Below are positions 40,221 to 53,369 of a stretch of DNA of 64,000 nt, piece by piece (the first letter of the stretch is position 1; each line of letters opens with the position of its first letter). The notes beneath the pieces were generated by a model. The model did no database searches, was not told where the DNA came from, and worked only from the letters and a program-made list of their open reading frames with translations. Origin of the DNA: Isurus oxyrinchus (taxonomy: Eukaryota); assembly GCA_026770705.1 (NCBI GenBank), contig JANJGN010000038.1, forward strand, positions 5,022,001 to 5,086,000, written 5' to 3'. The translations under genes and the position numbers were made by a program.

Positions 40221-40713
40221 ACCATTATGGGGAATATTGGACAGACCTTTTAAAGAGCCGACACAGGCACAATAGGTTTAAGGACTTTTTTTTAATGATT
40301 TTCTGCTCTTCTTACTGTTTATCTCTCTGTTTTTATGTATCTTCTTGTTGCAGTATCATTTCAGCACCTCCTCTGTCCTTTATTGGGCCCAAATAAAATG
40401 TGATAATTACACAGTTTACCTGGTGAGCTTATCCTGCCATCTGAAAGTGTCTGTACGTGTAATGCTGATAATTGTCAGGTATCTTTCAAGACTCCATTTA
40501 TAAACTTCAAGTGAATGCCCCTGGATCGCACTCTGATCAGAAAATCCCCACCTCCTGAATCTCTGTGGCACAGAATTTTGCTCTGGGGAAATTTTGCTAT
40601 TTGACCTTTTCAGTCACAATGAAAATCAAGCAGAAGATTGAAAATGTCGGTTTGTTTGAGCTGTCAGATTCGGCCCGTGTGCCTCTGTGCAACTCCAAAC
40701 CTGCAGGATAAAC

Positions 40714-40906
40714 TGTGAAGGAACAGAGATAAAAACAAAACAAAACTGCGGATGCTGGAAATCCAAAACAAAAACAGAATTAACTGGAAAAACTCAGCAG
40801 GTCTGGCAGCATCGGCGGAGAAGAAAAGAGTTGACGTTTCGAGTCCTCATGACCCTTGAACAGAACTAGTTCAGTTAATTCTGTTTTTGTTTTGTGAAGG
40901 AACAGA
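40714..40906 (-). mobile_element. Penelope-type short insertion with 14-bp target-site duplication and a mutated hammerhead
   Basis: tgtgaaggaacaga at 40714-40727 and 40893-40906; minus strand AGTT-CTGTTCA-A-GGGTC-ATGAG-GACTC-GAAACGTC-AACT. Confidence 0.7.
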
Positions 40907-41899
40907 TCCGTTTCTGTTCCTCTGTCAGGTGCGTCAGTGTCAGCTCAGATATCAGAACATCTGCATCTCCATGTCCTTATTGCCTCCCCCTTGGGTATAA
41001 ACATTCTTAGTCAGGTGGAGTCAGTCACACGGGCCTTTGTCATGATATCTCCATGACTTTCTTATCACACAATTCCCTCCCCCGCTCATCATCGCATAGG
41101 AGCCTGCACTCTCCCCAAAACACAACTGCTTCCTTCCAGTTTGCTGTACAATTACATTCGGATTTCTTTGCTCATCTACCTCGCTCAATACAAGAGTACA
41201 AGCGGTAAAAACGGCCTCCGTCATTCATACATTACAGGCTGCCTGTGTGATCATTATTATACCAGGCTCCAATCTGCCGGGCCATGTCATCGCCACTTGT
41301 TTCATTAATTTAACTGGAAGAATTGTTTTTCAGTGAACGCGCTAGTCAAACGTGTGATTGTGTCGCAGGAACCCCTGTCTGGCTGGATAGGGACACTGTA
41401 CAGGATTGTTCTGTCTGCTATATTCTCTCATCGATTCTGACTATAAGAACATATTGGGCAGAAGGACCAATTAAAAGCAATTAAACTTGAATTTATACTG
41501 ACACCTGCAGAACCCACCCAGTTTATGGGGTCCAGTCTCTTTTTCTCATTCATTCACGGCATGCGAGCTTCGCTGGCTGGGCCAACATTTATTGCCCATC
41601 CCATATTCCCCTTGAGAAGGTGGTGGTGAACTGCCTTCTTGAACCACTGCAGTCCACATGGTGTAGGTACACCTGCAGTGTTGTTAGGGAGAGAGTTCTA
41701 GGATTTTAACTGGAGAGAGACTGGAACCCAAATATTCTCAGCCACGACTGAGATTGTTGCCAAATATTCAACACGGACATGATCTGTTCACAGTTCCCAT
41801 CGCAAACCTTATTCCATTCAGAGTTCAATGGTCCTTGATTCTGTTATTCGGCAACTTATTTGCAACGTTTTCGGAATCACATGCACTAATGTATGACAC

Positions 41900-44800
41900 C
41901 TTAACTTCGGTTTTGATGCACTAGACGCCGACTGTGCTCTCAGCACACTGGATTCAGTGATGTGTTCAGTAATACACTGCATCCTGCGGCTGTTAGTATT
42001 GGATCGAACACTGTCCTCGTTACACTAAAATTAAACAATGCCTTTGTTGTAATCACACTGGGCTCTGAGTCCATTCTTATTGCATTGCCTCGTATTTCGG
42101 TAATTATTACACTTCACTCCCGCCACTGTTCCAGCCAGAAAATAACCTGCTTATCAATCCAATTTAATACTCTGCTCTTACTATGGGAACATTGTTCCCG
42201 TCTATTTTCAACAGTAACATGTTCCTAACATTGATAAATTTGACAGTAATCACTTAGCGATAAACTGGATATCATTGTGCAAAGTATTGTATCCATTGTG
42301 ATTAAACAAAGACTTATTTCTTCTATCTTTACACTAGGACCTATCTCTGCAATTAATGCAGTAGTACATATCTTTGCTTATATTACACCGGGTCCTGTCT
42401 CTGTTATCACCGCACTAGATTATCTCTGTTTCCATTACAACAGGCCCTAGCTTTGTTAATACTGCACCAGCCCATATATCTGTTTGTAATACATCGACCC
42501 TGCATCTGTTTATGCTACAAAGTGCCTGAGTCATTACATGGAACATACAGCATAGAAGCAGAATATTCAGTGCAAAAAGGATTAGTGCAGTTGTAGTGGA
42601 AGGAGTGGAAGTTACACTCAAAGGTTGCAGAAACAAAAGATTGAAAATTCCCTGGAGATCAAGGAATGTTTCAACCCTTTCCATCCCTAGGAGTAATAAA
42701 CCATAGAATTACAGTTATATTAACCTCACAACAGGTACAGTTTCAACTTGTCCATTTTGCTTCCACAAATGATCACAGACTCACTGTATAGACAGGAACT
42801 TCTGTGAGATGCTGATGTGATCATTTGCCAATAAGCTGTCCTTATTCTCGAGGTGATGTAATCCACATTCCATCTGATCACCTGAGGCAGATAACTCCAG
42901 CTGGGAAATGACAGAGACAGTCTGAAATCACTTTATAAACAAGAGCACACAGCAGAATGGTTATTAATAAATAATTACAATATTAAACGATTTTCAGTTG
43001 AAATGCATGAATTGTTCTTTTTGGAGTGTTAACACATTCACTGAAGTTGCAGAAAGACCGTGAGGTGTGTGTGTGCGTGTGTGTGAGGGAGAGAGAGAGA
43101 GAAACGGACAGACAGGCAAACAGATGACAGTGACTTATGCGCTGCATCAGATAGAGGGGCGAGCGACAGATTGGTAATTGGCACCTTCATCTTAGTAACG
43201 ATGTATGCCATGACTTTCTATACAATGGCAGAGTAGAAAATGGGACCAATATTTTTTTCTGCATTAAAAGATCGGCAGCCACAATTTGAAGAAGAGAACA
43301 TGAAATGCCAAACAATGGTGAAAGTAAATTATTTATATTCGAGGAATTACAGTGCAAGTGTGAAGAATGATTCTCTTCATGAAAACAAACAGAACAGGTG
43401 GCATATGATCCGTGATACTGTCAACTATAATGAAACTGAATATCAGGCGCTGAATTGGCCGCCCATCTCATGCCGCCCATCTTTGGCCAAGGCCAGGGAC
43501 CATTTTCTAGCTCATTACCTTTATTTATATTATCTCTCTAGTTCACATAGACACAGTCTAACGCAGTAATAACTCAGGCTGGATTAGCTTAATTTAAGCT
43601 AAGAAATTGTTTTCTGAAGTAATAATAGAGATCAGGACTAGTGCAATATAAACTGAAAAGGGTTCCAGTTTAGCATTAAAAAGGCAGAGTCTAGTGCAAT
43701 GATAACTGCGACTGCATCTTCTGTAACTTATGAGACATCAGAGATAGGGCTAACGTAATATAAGCAGAGACATGGAGTAGTGCAGCAACAACTAAAATAA
43801 AGCTTAGTGCTGTGTATAGGGACCATTAGTCCAGCGCAGTAAGAACTGGGACTTTGCCGTATGTAATACAAAAAGAGACATGGTATAGTTCCAGAACAAC
43901 TGAGATGGGGCCAAGTACTGATATAACTGAGGCAGGAACTGATGTAATATTATGAAAGGATCCATTTGGATATAAACCGAGACAGGGGCAGGTGCAGTAA
44001 TTCTGAGACAGGGCGGAGTGCACCGAATATTGATACAACATCTCCAATAATTGAAAAGAAAACTGGGTCAAGTTTAATAATTACTGAGACAAGGTCCAGC
44101 GTATTAGTAATAGACGTGGCCTTGTGTAAAATAATCACAGGCATGGTCTGCACTGCATACAAAAAGACAGGGTCTATTTTTATATTAACACATGCAAGGA
44201 AACGTCCAGCGGAATGTCAGCAGAGACATGACCTAGACTGACATGAACAGAGAGATGGTCTAGTGTAACGTAAATAGAAATGCGATCTCGTGGATTATAA
44301 AGTGAGGCAGTGCTGGGTGCAGGAATTGAAGAGGCAGTAGTGTGTGTAATTTGTACAGAGACATGGACTGACGAAGTAATAAAGGAGACAGAATCTAGTG
44401 TAAAGAAACTGACACAGGGTCTAGTGCAGTTTAACTTGATAAAGGACCTTGTGCAATATCAATTAAAATAAGACCTAGTGCAATCACTCCCAGCCAAGTA
44501 CCTAGATTAATACCAATAGAAACCTGGACAAGTGCGGCAATGAGAGAGACATGGTATAGTACAATAGTAACAGAGAAAGGACATTGTGTGATATAAACAG
44601 AAATTTATATGTGCAGCATTAACTGTGAAATTGTCAAGTTCAGTATAAACGTGGCAGAGTAAAAACTGAGACACAGCCTCGTGTGATGCAACCATGAGCA
44701 TGTTCTGGTTTAGTATTAAAAGAGACAGGGCCTAGTTCAGTAATAACTGAGACATGACCTAATGTCATGTTAGCCGAGAGATGATTCAGTGCAGTCATAA

Positions 44801-45110
44801 CTGAGAGAAGGTTTGATATAATACAAAGAGGGCCCGGATCAGGTATATCAACAACAGAGATTGGGCTGAGTAAGGAAACAAATAGACATGACCTGCTGTA
44901 AAATCATCAGAAATATGACCCTGTGATATGATCAGAGACGGAGTCTAGTTTAATGTGAACAGAGATAGCGTCCATTTCGGTAACAATTGAGAGAATGCCT
45001 GTTTAATGTAAAGTACCTCGGCTTCACTGCCATCTGCTGGACACACGTTGCTATTATCAATGCCGTTTAAATGCCAATTTCAGTTAATGCTTGTGAGGTC
45101 ATTGATAAAA
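41900..45110 (+). repeat. Composite repeat copy A: + array (41900-42530), spacer (42530-43540), - array (43540-45000), CTCF-motif head (45000-45110)
   Basis: The array motifs switch strand across the spacer (ctgtctctg versus gagacaggg). Confidence 0.65.
45025..45059 (-). promoter_or_regulatory. Extended CTCF-like motif
   Basis: TGATAATAGC + 6 nt + TGTCCAGCAGATGGCAGTG. Confidence 0.6.
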
Positions 45111-45329
45111 ATATAAATCATTGAATCATGGAATGCTTGCAGCACAGAAGGAGGCCTGTAAAGCTTAGGAGATTTTGAGATATGAAACCATTTTAGTTAA
45201 AATATCTACGTTCCGAATTCTTGATTAAATAATAATGGAGTATTCAATTGTGCCTGACCGAACAAGTTCCCAATAAGTGGTATTTATGGATCAGGTAAAA
45301 TTTATTAAGCAATATTTTCAGGAAGAAAG

Positions 45330-47850
45330 TTCCAAATACTCAAGACTCACAGAGATAAAGGAAAATCGTCCCATCTATGGTTGAAATGAGTAGCCCCTTA
45401 TTTTTAAAAAGTAACCACTAGTTCCAGGTTATCCAATAACAGGAAACATCTTCTGTACATCCACGCTGTCAAGGACCTCCAGGATCTTACATGTTTCAAC
45501 CAAGTCGCCTGCTACTCTCCTAAACTCCAGCCTAGCCTGTCTAATCGTTCCTCATAAAACAATCCACCCATTCCAGTTATGAATCTGGGAAACCTTCTCT
45601 GAACTGATTCTAACGCATTTACATCCTTCCTTAAACAAGGTGACCAAAATTGCACACAGTACTCCAGATGTGGTCTCACTAGTGCTTTGTATAACCGGAG
45701 CATAACATCCCTATTTTTAAATTCAATTCCTTTTGCAATCAATGATAACTTTCTATTTACTAATTACTTGCTGTACCTGCATACTAGCCTTTAATGATTC
45801 ACACACTAAGACATCCAGATCACTGAATCTCAGAGCTCTGCAATCTCTCACCATTTAGATAATATGCTTCTCTTTTATTCTTCCTGCCAAAATGGACAAT
45901 TTCAAATTTCCAATATTATACTCCGTTAGCCAGACCTTTGCCCACTCTCTTTATCTATGTCTTTTTGTAGCCTCCTTATATCCTCTTCACAACTTACTTT
46001 CCTACCTATCTTTGTGTCATCAGCAAATTTGGCAACCATCCCTTCCATCCCTTCATGCAACTCATTTATATAAATTGTAAAGAGTTGAGGTCCTAGCACT
46101 GAGTCATTTGGCACACTACTCGTTACACCTTGCCAACCTGAAAATTCCATTTATTCCTGTTAGCCAGCCAATCTTCTATCCATACTAGTAAGATTCCCTA
46201 TATATCATGGGCTTTTGTCTTCCGTAATAACCTTTGATGTGGCACATAATCAAATGCCTTCTGCCAACCTTACTGCAGTATATCCATCGGTTACCATTTA
46301 TCCACAGCCCATGTTACTTCCTCAAAATCATGCTGGTTCTCCCTGATTACCTTGAACTTGTCAAAGTTGTCTGCTACAGCTTTTTTCATAGTAGCTTCTA
46401 ACTTTTTCCCCATAACAGATGTCAAGCTAACTGGCCTGCAGTTTCCAGCTTCCTGTCTCCGTCTGTTTTCTATCCCAAACTAAAGGAACATCCGCTGAAT
46501 CTAGTGAGCTTGGAAAAACATTAAAGCAATTCCTCAACTATCTCACGAGCCACTTCTTTTCAGACCCCAGGATGAAGTCCATCAGGACCCGGGCAGTTGT
46601 CAGCCCGCAGCTCCAACTATTTACTCAGTACCACTTCTCTGGTGATTGTAATTTTCCTGAGTTCTTCCCTGCCTTCCATTTCCTGATTTACAGCTGTCTC
46701 TGGAATGTTAATTGTTTCCTCTGTAGTAACTACTGATGCAAAGTACCTGTTCGATTCAGCTGCCATTTCCGTGGTTTCCATTAACAATCCTTCAGACTCA
46801 CTTTCTCTGGTGCGAACGCTCACTTCAATAACTCGTCTCTTTACAAAAATATATTCATGGAAGCTCTTACTATCTGTTTTTATATTTGTGGCTAACTTTC
46901 TGTCGTATTCTATTTTATTCCCCTCCTTATTAAACTTATAGTCATCTAAAGCTGATCCTTCTCTTCTGCCCAATCTACTGGCATTCCACCTATCATTGCA
47001 CAATCATATATTTGTTTTCTTTACCTTTTGTACTCTCGTTCACCTTTCTAGGTAACCACGGATGGTGTGTTGTCCCCTGGACCTTATTTGTACTCGCTGG
47101 ATTGTATATATCCTGTGTATCTTGATATATCCCCTAAAATTAAAACCATTACTTCGCAATGAACCTATCCCTTAACTTAATTTGCCAATTCACTTTTAGT
47201 CAGTTCTGCTTTTATGCCCTCATAATTTCCCTCATTCAGTCTTAAAAGTACAGTCTCGGACCCACTCCTCTCTCCCTCAAACAGAATGTAAAATTCAATC
47301 ATACGATAATCAGTACTACCGAGGGCTGCCTTCACCATGAGGTCATTAATTAAATCCATCTCATTGCCCAATGCCAGGTCTGGTATAGCCTGCTTTCTAG
47401 TTGGCTCTAAAACTGAGAAACAATCCCGGAAACATTCGATCAGCTCCACATCTGGGCTACCTTTACCCATCTGACTTTTCCAGTCCATACGTAGTTTGAA
47501 AGCTCCCATGATTACGGTCGTGCCTTTCCGACATGCTCCCATTATTTCTTCCTTCATGTTACCATGTGGTTACTATTAGGAGGCCTGCATACGACTCCAA
47601 CAAGCGCTGTCTTTACTTTCCTATTTTTCACTTCTATCCAAAGTGTTTGCACATCCTGGTTTGATGAGTTTGGGTCATCCCTCTCTGTTCTGCTAAGCCA
47701 CCATTAACTAGCAGATCCACCCCTCCACCATTTCTTCTCCTCATGTCCTTCCAAAATGCCCTTTGATATTCAAGTCCCAATCCATGTCCTCCTGCAGCCA
47801 TGTCTGCAATGGCGATCAAATCGTACTTCTTTATTTGTGGATGTGCTCTT
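45330..47850 (-). mobile_element. CR1 LINE ORF2 (endonuclease to RT), decayed
   Basis: YDLIAI, TVIMGAFK, SVLGPQLFTIYINEL, AKFADDTKIG and LVRPHLEYCVQFWSP motifs. Confidence 0.92.
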
Positions 47851-48519
47851 ATTTGGAAAGAATCAAAATTAACCTCTTTCATTGGCTTGGGGTGAGGCTC
47901 ATTTGGTGTCACTTCATCTCTGTGTCTAAAGCCATGAACACTGAAGATAAATCTGTATCTCTATTTCCCTGGGCTCCGGGATGTATATTCAATTGTGAGC
48001 AAATAACGCACCCTTGTAAATGCAGAGCTATTGCAAACAATGTTACATCTTCTTATCAACAATACAACTTATCGTATATAGCCACGTCAACACTTGTTTT
48101 AGCACCATACCAGAGATGCAATACATTATTAGTAAATGTTAATAACACCTTCCTACAGTTATGTCAAGACAAAGGCTGCCCTCCAATACAGATCTTCTGC
48201 TTTACGGATATGGTTCGTCAATTGAACCAAGTCATAGATCGTTTAGTTGTAAGATGAGGTGTCGTGTTAAGTTAAAGCTGCTGAATTCACCTTTTTTGTT
48301 TATCCCTTTGAAACTGACAAAGAATCCCTCAATTGCACAATTCAAATAAAACAAATATAATTCATCGAACCTAAGCTTCTCTGTACCTTAAAGTAATTAA
48401 GGCAATAACACCAGTTCCTGCTCCCAGCCTAAAAGCTATATAGCCTCAATAGCAGAAACTCAAACTGAGCTGTAAAGATAACATAAATATTATTTCGTAT
48501 CATCATAAAACCATGTAAT

Positions 48520-49130
48520 ATTCGTAGTATTATCGCTACTTAAAGGCCATTCCGTTCGTTCTTACTGTTCTTGTCTTGTGAAGGATTAATTCATCTCCTG
48601 CCACCCTCTGTCTGCTCCCCGTAGGCCAGATGTTTTCCTCCTTTTCATATAATTATCCAATCCCATTTTGAATGACTCGATTGTCACAGCCTCCACCACA
48701 TCCTCACGCAGTCCATTCAAGGTCCTAACCACTCGCTGCATGAATAAAAGCGTTTCCTCATGCCGCTAACGCTTATTTTCCCAATTACCTTAAATCTGTG
48801 CCCCTTGGTTCTCGATCCTTCCACCAATTGGACCGTTTTCTACTTTCAACTCTGTCCAGACCCATCTAGATTTTGAATACATCTATAACTTCTGCCTCAA
48901 CCTTTTCTCCTCTATGGAAAGCAGTACCAATTCCTCTAATCTGCCAGTTTAACTGAAGGTCTCCATGCCTGGAACCATTCTCGTGAATCTTTCCTACTCT
49001 CTCACTGATACGTTCACACTTTTCCTAAAGTGTGGTGCCCAGAACTGGACGCAATGCTCATGTTGAGACTTTAACAGTGTTCGAAAAACTCTTTGATTTT
49101 GAACTTTGTGTCCCAATAAAGCCTCAGATA
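48520..49130 (-). mobile_element. CR1 LINE 3' fragment
   Basis: tggtgcccagaactggacgcaatgctc (reverse complement of the EHCVQFWAP region) and a CR1 tail. Confidence 0.75.
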
Positions 49131-49149
49131 CCTTATGATGTATTATCCC

Positions 49150-49700
49150 GCCTGTCAGTACTAACAACAGAGACAGGTCATCGTGTTATATAAACAGAAC
49201 ATGGACTCGTGCAGCATTAACTGTGACCTCCTCTAGCTTAATATAAACATGGCAGGGTCAACTCAAGTAATAACTGAGGGAAAGCCTCGTGTAATGCAAA
49301 CAGGCATATGTTCCAGTTTAGTACAAAGGTGGACATTGTACAAGGTATTATCAATTGGGACATGAAGTTTTGTCATGTTAGCTGAGGCATGGTTGCGTGC
49401 AGTCATAACTGTGAGTGTGTCACAGAACAGAAAGAGGGCTTTGGTTGAGAAGAGATTGGGCCGAATACAGAAATAAGTGAGACATAGCCTCCTATAATAT
49501 AATCAATGACACGACCTAATGTTATTTAAACAGACATGGGGTCTAGTTTGATATGAGTAGAGACAGGGCCAATGCAGTAACCATCGAGAAATGCCTGCCT
49601 CACGCAATTTGAACAATCACTGTTTCGGTTCCATCTGCTGGACAAACCTTGCTATTGCAGATGCTGTGAAAATGCTGATTTAATTTACTGTTTCTGACAG
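49150..49700 (-). repeat. Degenerate array plus CTCF-motif head, collinear paralogue of 44560-45110
   Basis: Shared in order: gtgcagcattaactgtga, agcctcgtgt, tgtcatgttagc, agagattgggc, ccatctgctggaca. Confidence 0.75.
49626..49660 (-). promoter_or_regulatory. Extended CTCF-like motif
   Basis: CTGCAATAGC + 6 nt + TGTCCAGCAGATGGAACCG. Confidence 0.5.
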
Positions 49701-51740
49701 CAATCATAGAATCGAAGAATTCTTACAGAAAAGTAAGAGGCCATTTGTCTGGTCGATGCTAACCATCTAAAGGAGCAATTGACCTATTTCCACACGTTTA
49801 CCCCTCGTCCAGCATTGTTCCCTTTTCCGAAAATGATGCAATTTGTTTTTGAAAGCATCAATTGAATCTGCCTCCACCACACACTCAGCCTGTCCACTCC
49901 AAACCCTAACCACTCACTGCGCGAAAAAAAGTTCATTTTTAAATGTCGCCGTTGCTTCTTTTCCTGATTATCTTAAATCTGTGCCCACTTGTTCTCGAAT
50001 CTTCCAACATTGGGAACTATTTCTCCCTGCCTACTCTGTCTGGACCGTCATGATTCAGGACAACTTTAACAAAACTCCTTTCAAACAGCGTATGGCAAGG
50101 GGTGAAAACGATAATATATTTTTGTTGTTGTTACAAGAAAATAACATAGGTAGAGTGCGAAAATATGATCGAGTGAGGGCAACAAAACTGATGCTAGCCG
50201 GGCTATAATTGCGTTAAATATGTATTTTTGTTTCATCTTCTGTGAAAGAGGGAACAGTTAATATGTACATTTGATCCGAAAATTAGATCATAGGACTTTC
50301 AGGGGCAAATTGCTACATTTATTACGTTAGCACCAGCATGGTTAATGAAGAGCTGTGGAAATTCAGCTGAATCACTCCACGGCCCAGATACGATGCATCC
50401 GAGGATTTTTACGGAATTAAGCAAAAATCTGCAGGTTCTCAGTCATAAATCTGTGAAAAATGCTTGCATTCTGCAAAGACGCCTGGCGAGCAGATAAAAT
50501 AAAATGCAGCGTTTATTGTTCTTTGGTAAAATGTTCGCAAAAGTGAGTCAGGAAATCACAATGAGTTACCCCTCGTAAACCCGTAAGAACGGAAGGTTTT
50601 TATGGGGCATGTGGAGAGAAGGAGAACCTTTCATTGCAGCCAGTAAGTGTCCATGAAGGGAAGGACTCGCTTATCGAGCTGACTGATCACTTTGAACGTG
50701 AGCAAAACGAGCTTCATGGGGCAAGAGAGACAGTGGATGTGATGCATTTGGATTCCTGTCGGCTTTCTAAACAGTTCCTCTGGAAAGGATGGGACGCTGG
50801 AAGAAATATCGCCACAATCAGAGGGAGGACTGCAAGGGAATCGGAATTAGTTGATTGATAGATTCCAGATTGTAATGATACAGGGATTGTATTCGGACTG
50901 GAAGAATATGAACGCTGGGATCCCATATTGTTCTGTTTCATTCCGCATTAGTTTAAGATGATAATAAATGAAGCCAGAAGATCAATGCTTACAACTGCAG
51001 CGAGGGAAAAGGCTACTGAAGATCACAGGTGCACATCTGATCAGGGTAAGCTATGGGCGGATTTAAATACGTGAAAAATGGGCAGAAAGGCAATGGATAA
51101 CATTCCTCGGAGGGAATTCAAAATTTGTCACATGGAGATAAGGAATTAAGGAAGGAAAAATCACATATGGAAAAAATAACCTGTATGGTAAAAGAATAAA
51201 AACTGGTTTCTGACTGACAAGAGTTGATAATCTTTCAACAATGAGCAAAGCAAACGAGGCCCTGGGACGGACACAGATTCCCTCTCTCCACGCTTCCTGA
51301 CGCCTTCCCCGACATAGTGCCAGCCTTGCCACCTACCAGCCTTCCTCTAATGGACCTGGAAAGTTCAGGTTAATATTCCACTGTGTTTTCGATCTATGGA
51401 TCAGACTCTCGAAAGCGTGGAAGCTGTTAACATTGATTCTTACAGTAACACAAGAATAGGAGCAGGAATAGGCGGAATGGCCGTCGATCTGCTCTGTCAT
51501 TCAGAACTTGGGCTTCAACTCCTTGTTTCTGCCCTTTGCCCATATCCCTTAAATCCCCGAGACACTGTAACCCTGCCTATCCCGAACTGAAGTGGATGGA
51601 GAATCCAGAGATCTCTGAGGTAGAGAATTCCAAAGGTTCACAACCCTTTGAGTGAAGTAATTCCTCCTCATCTCAGACCAAAATGTTCGGCCCCTTATCC
51701 TGAGACCATTCCCCGTGTTTTAGATTCTCTGACCAGGCTG
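49700..51740. mobile_element. Patchwork of old CR1 fragments (49700-50070 minus, 50340-51330 plus, 51440-51740 minus)
   Basis: CR1 tails and decayed GPD..HPR and VDVMHLD motifs. Confidence 0.6.
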
Positions 51741-52209
51741 TAAAGATGTGAAAATAAATTCTCTCCCATATATTGTTTGTGTTTGATATATATAATTTCC
51801 CTCCTTGGACCAAGAATGTGAGAAATGGAGAACATTATCTTGGAGACATAAGTAGTAAAAAAGCTTTAACAAGATCCAATGTGTCGGGTTGAACATTGAC
51901 AATGTATTGCAGAGGAATTACAGAATACAGCAAAGTTTAAATACTCCCATTCTGAATGAGATTAGAGTCTGATAACTGCACCAAATGTGCACATTGCAGT
52001 CTGAAATAATTCCCAACAACCAGCTCCAGCCAATACCTCCAATGGGGAATGATGAGAGAGTTCATGTACAGCGTCAGGTGGTAAAAGAGCGAACCCTGCT
52101 GCGAACTTCAATCCGACAGAGTATTGTTCCATATACATAATTCGTCAATATGTTTTAAAATGCAACCATGCAGTAACGGAACTTCTCTGAGGCTGGCAAA
52201 CAGCACCGC

Positions 52210-52244
52210 CTGTAGTGGCGGTGAGCTGCCAGCAGAGGGTAGCG
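52210..52244 (+). promoter_or_regulatory. Extended CTCF-like motif
   Basis: CTGTAGTGGC + 6 nt + CTGCCAGCAGAGGGTAGCG. Confidence 0.5.
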
Positions 52245-52384
52245 TTGCATTACTTTAATCACAAACGGATTTGAGACGAGGCTTTGACCCTTTTAATTCA
52301 TTCATGCGGTACTCTTTGCCATTGAATAAATTCATTTATCTAAAATTCTTCAGCAGGAATACTTGCAGCGTAATTGCATCATAA

Positions 52385-53055
52385 ATGCATTGTCAGTATC
52401 CTGGAGGTTACTATTGACCAAAAACTAAACTCGGCTAGCCATATAAATAATGTGGCCACAAGAGCAGGTCAAAGAGGCTGGGGATTGTACGATGAGTAAC
52501 TCACCCCCTGACTCCCCAGAGCCTGTCCACCATCTAAAGGCACAAGTCAGGAGTGTGGTGGAGTACTCTCCTCTTGCCTGGATTTGTGCTTCTCCTAAAC
52601 ACAAACTCAAGAATCTTGACACCAAAGCAGCCCACTTGATTGGCACCTCATCCACAAACATTCACTCCCTCCACCACCGACGCACAGTAGCAGCAGCGTG
52701 TACCATCTACAAGATGAACTGTAGGAATTCACCAAGGCCCCTTCGACAGCACCTTCCAAACCCATGACCATTACCACCTAGAAGGACAAGGGCAGCAGAC
52801 ACATGGGAGCACCACCACCTGGAAATTCCCCTCCAAGTCGCTCACCATCCTGACTTGGAAATATATTGCCCTTCCTTCGCTTCGCTGGGTCAAAACCCTG
52901 GAACTCCATTCCGAACAGCACTGTGGGTGTACCTACACCACATGGACTGCAGCGGCTCGAGAAGGCAGCTCACCACCAACTTCTAAGGAGCAACTAGGGA
53001 AGGGCAATAAATGCTGGCTCAGCCAGTGATGCTCACATCCTGTGAAATGAATTAA
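52385..53055 (+). mobile_element. LINE (second family) 3' end
   Basis: KAQVRSVVEYSPLAW...HSLHHRRTVAAACTIYKM; tail gggcaataaatgctggctcagccagtgatgctcacatcc. Confidence 0.88.
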
Positions 53056-53369
53056 ATATGCCAAAGAACCAATAAATCGACAACTGTCCCAGGTTTATGA
53101 CTGTTGTTAATGTCACTGCAGTTGCATCCCTGTTAGCAGGTTAATGCTGTTCCATGTAGGAGTCTCTGATATGGGACTGCAGTGTGATTAACCAGCAAAC
53201 TGAGAGCCTGGTCACTCCCTGCTCACTACATGAATATCAGGATCGCAGCTCCAGTTAACTGACTATCGCTGGGGGTAGGGGGTTCAGTCGTGTGTAGGAC
53301 AGACAGAGGGGGATGGGAGGTTAGCCTGACAGATCTCAACACCCTTGAGAATGAACTCTTTCTCACCCG

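Noticed and set aside
47763-48257. 164-aa + strand ORF
   Set aside because: Partly antisense to a CR1 fragment; no recognisable homology.
52203-52221. Second, reverse CTCF site (CCACTACAGGCGG)
   Set aside because: The core is one base short; the sequence is better explained as the upstream motif of the + site.
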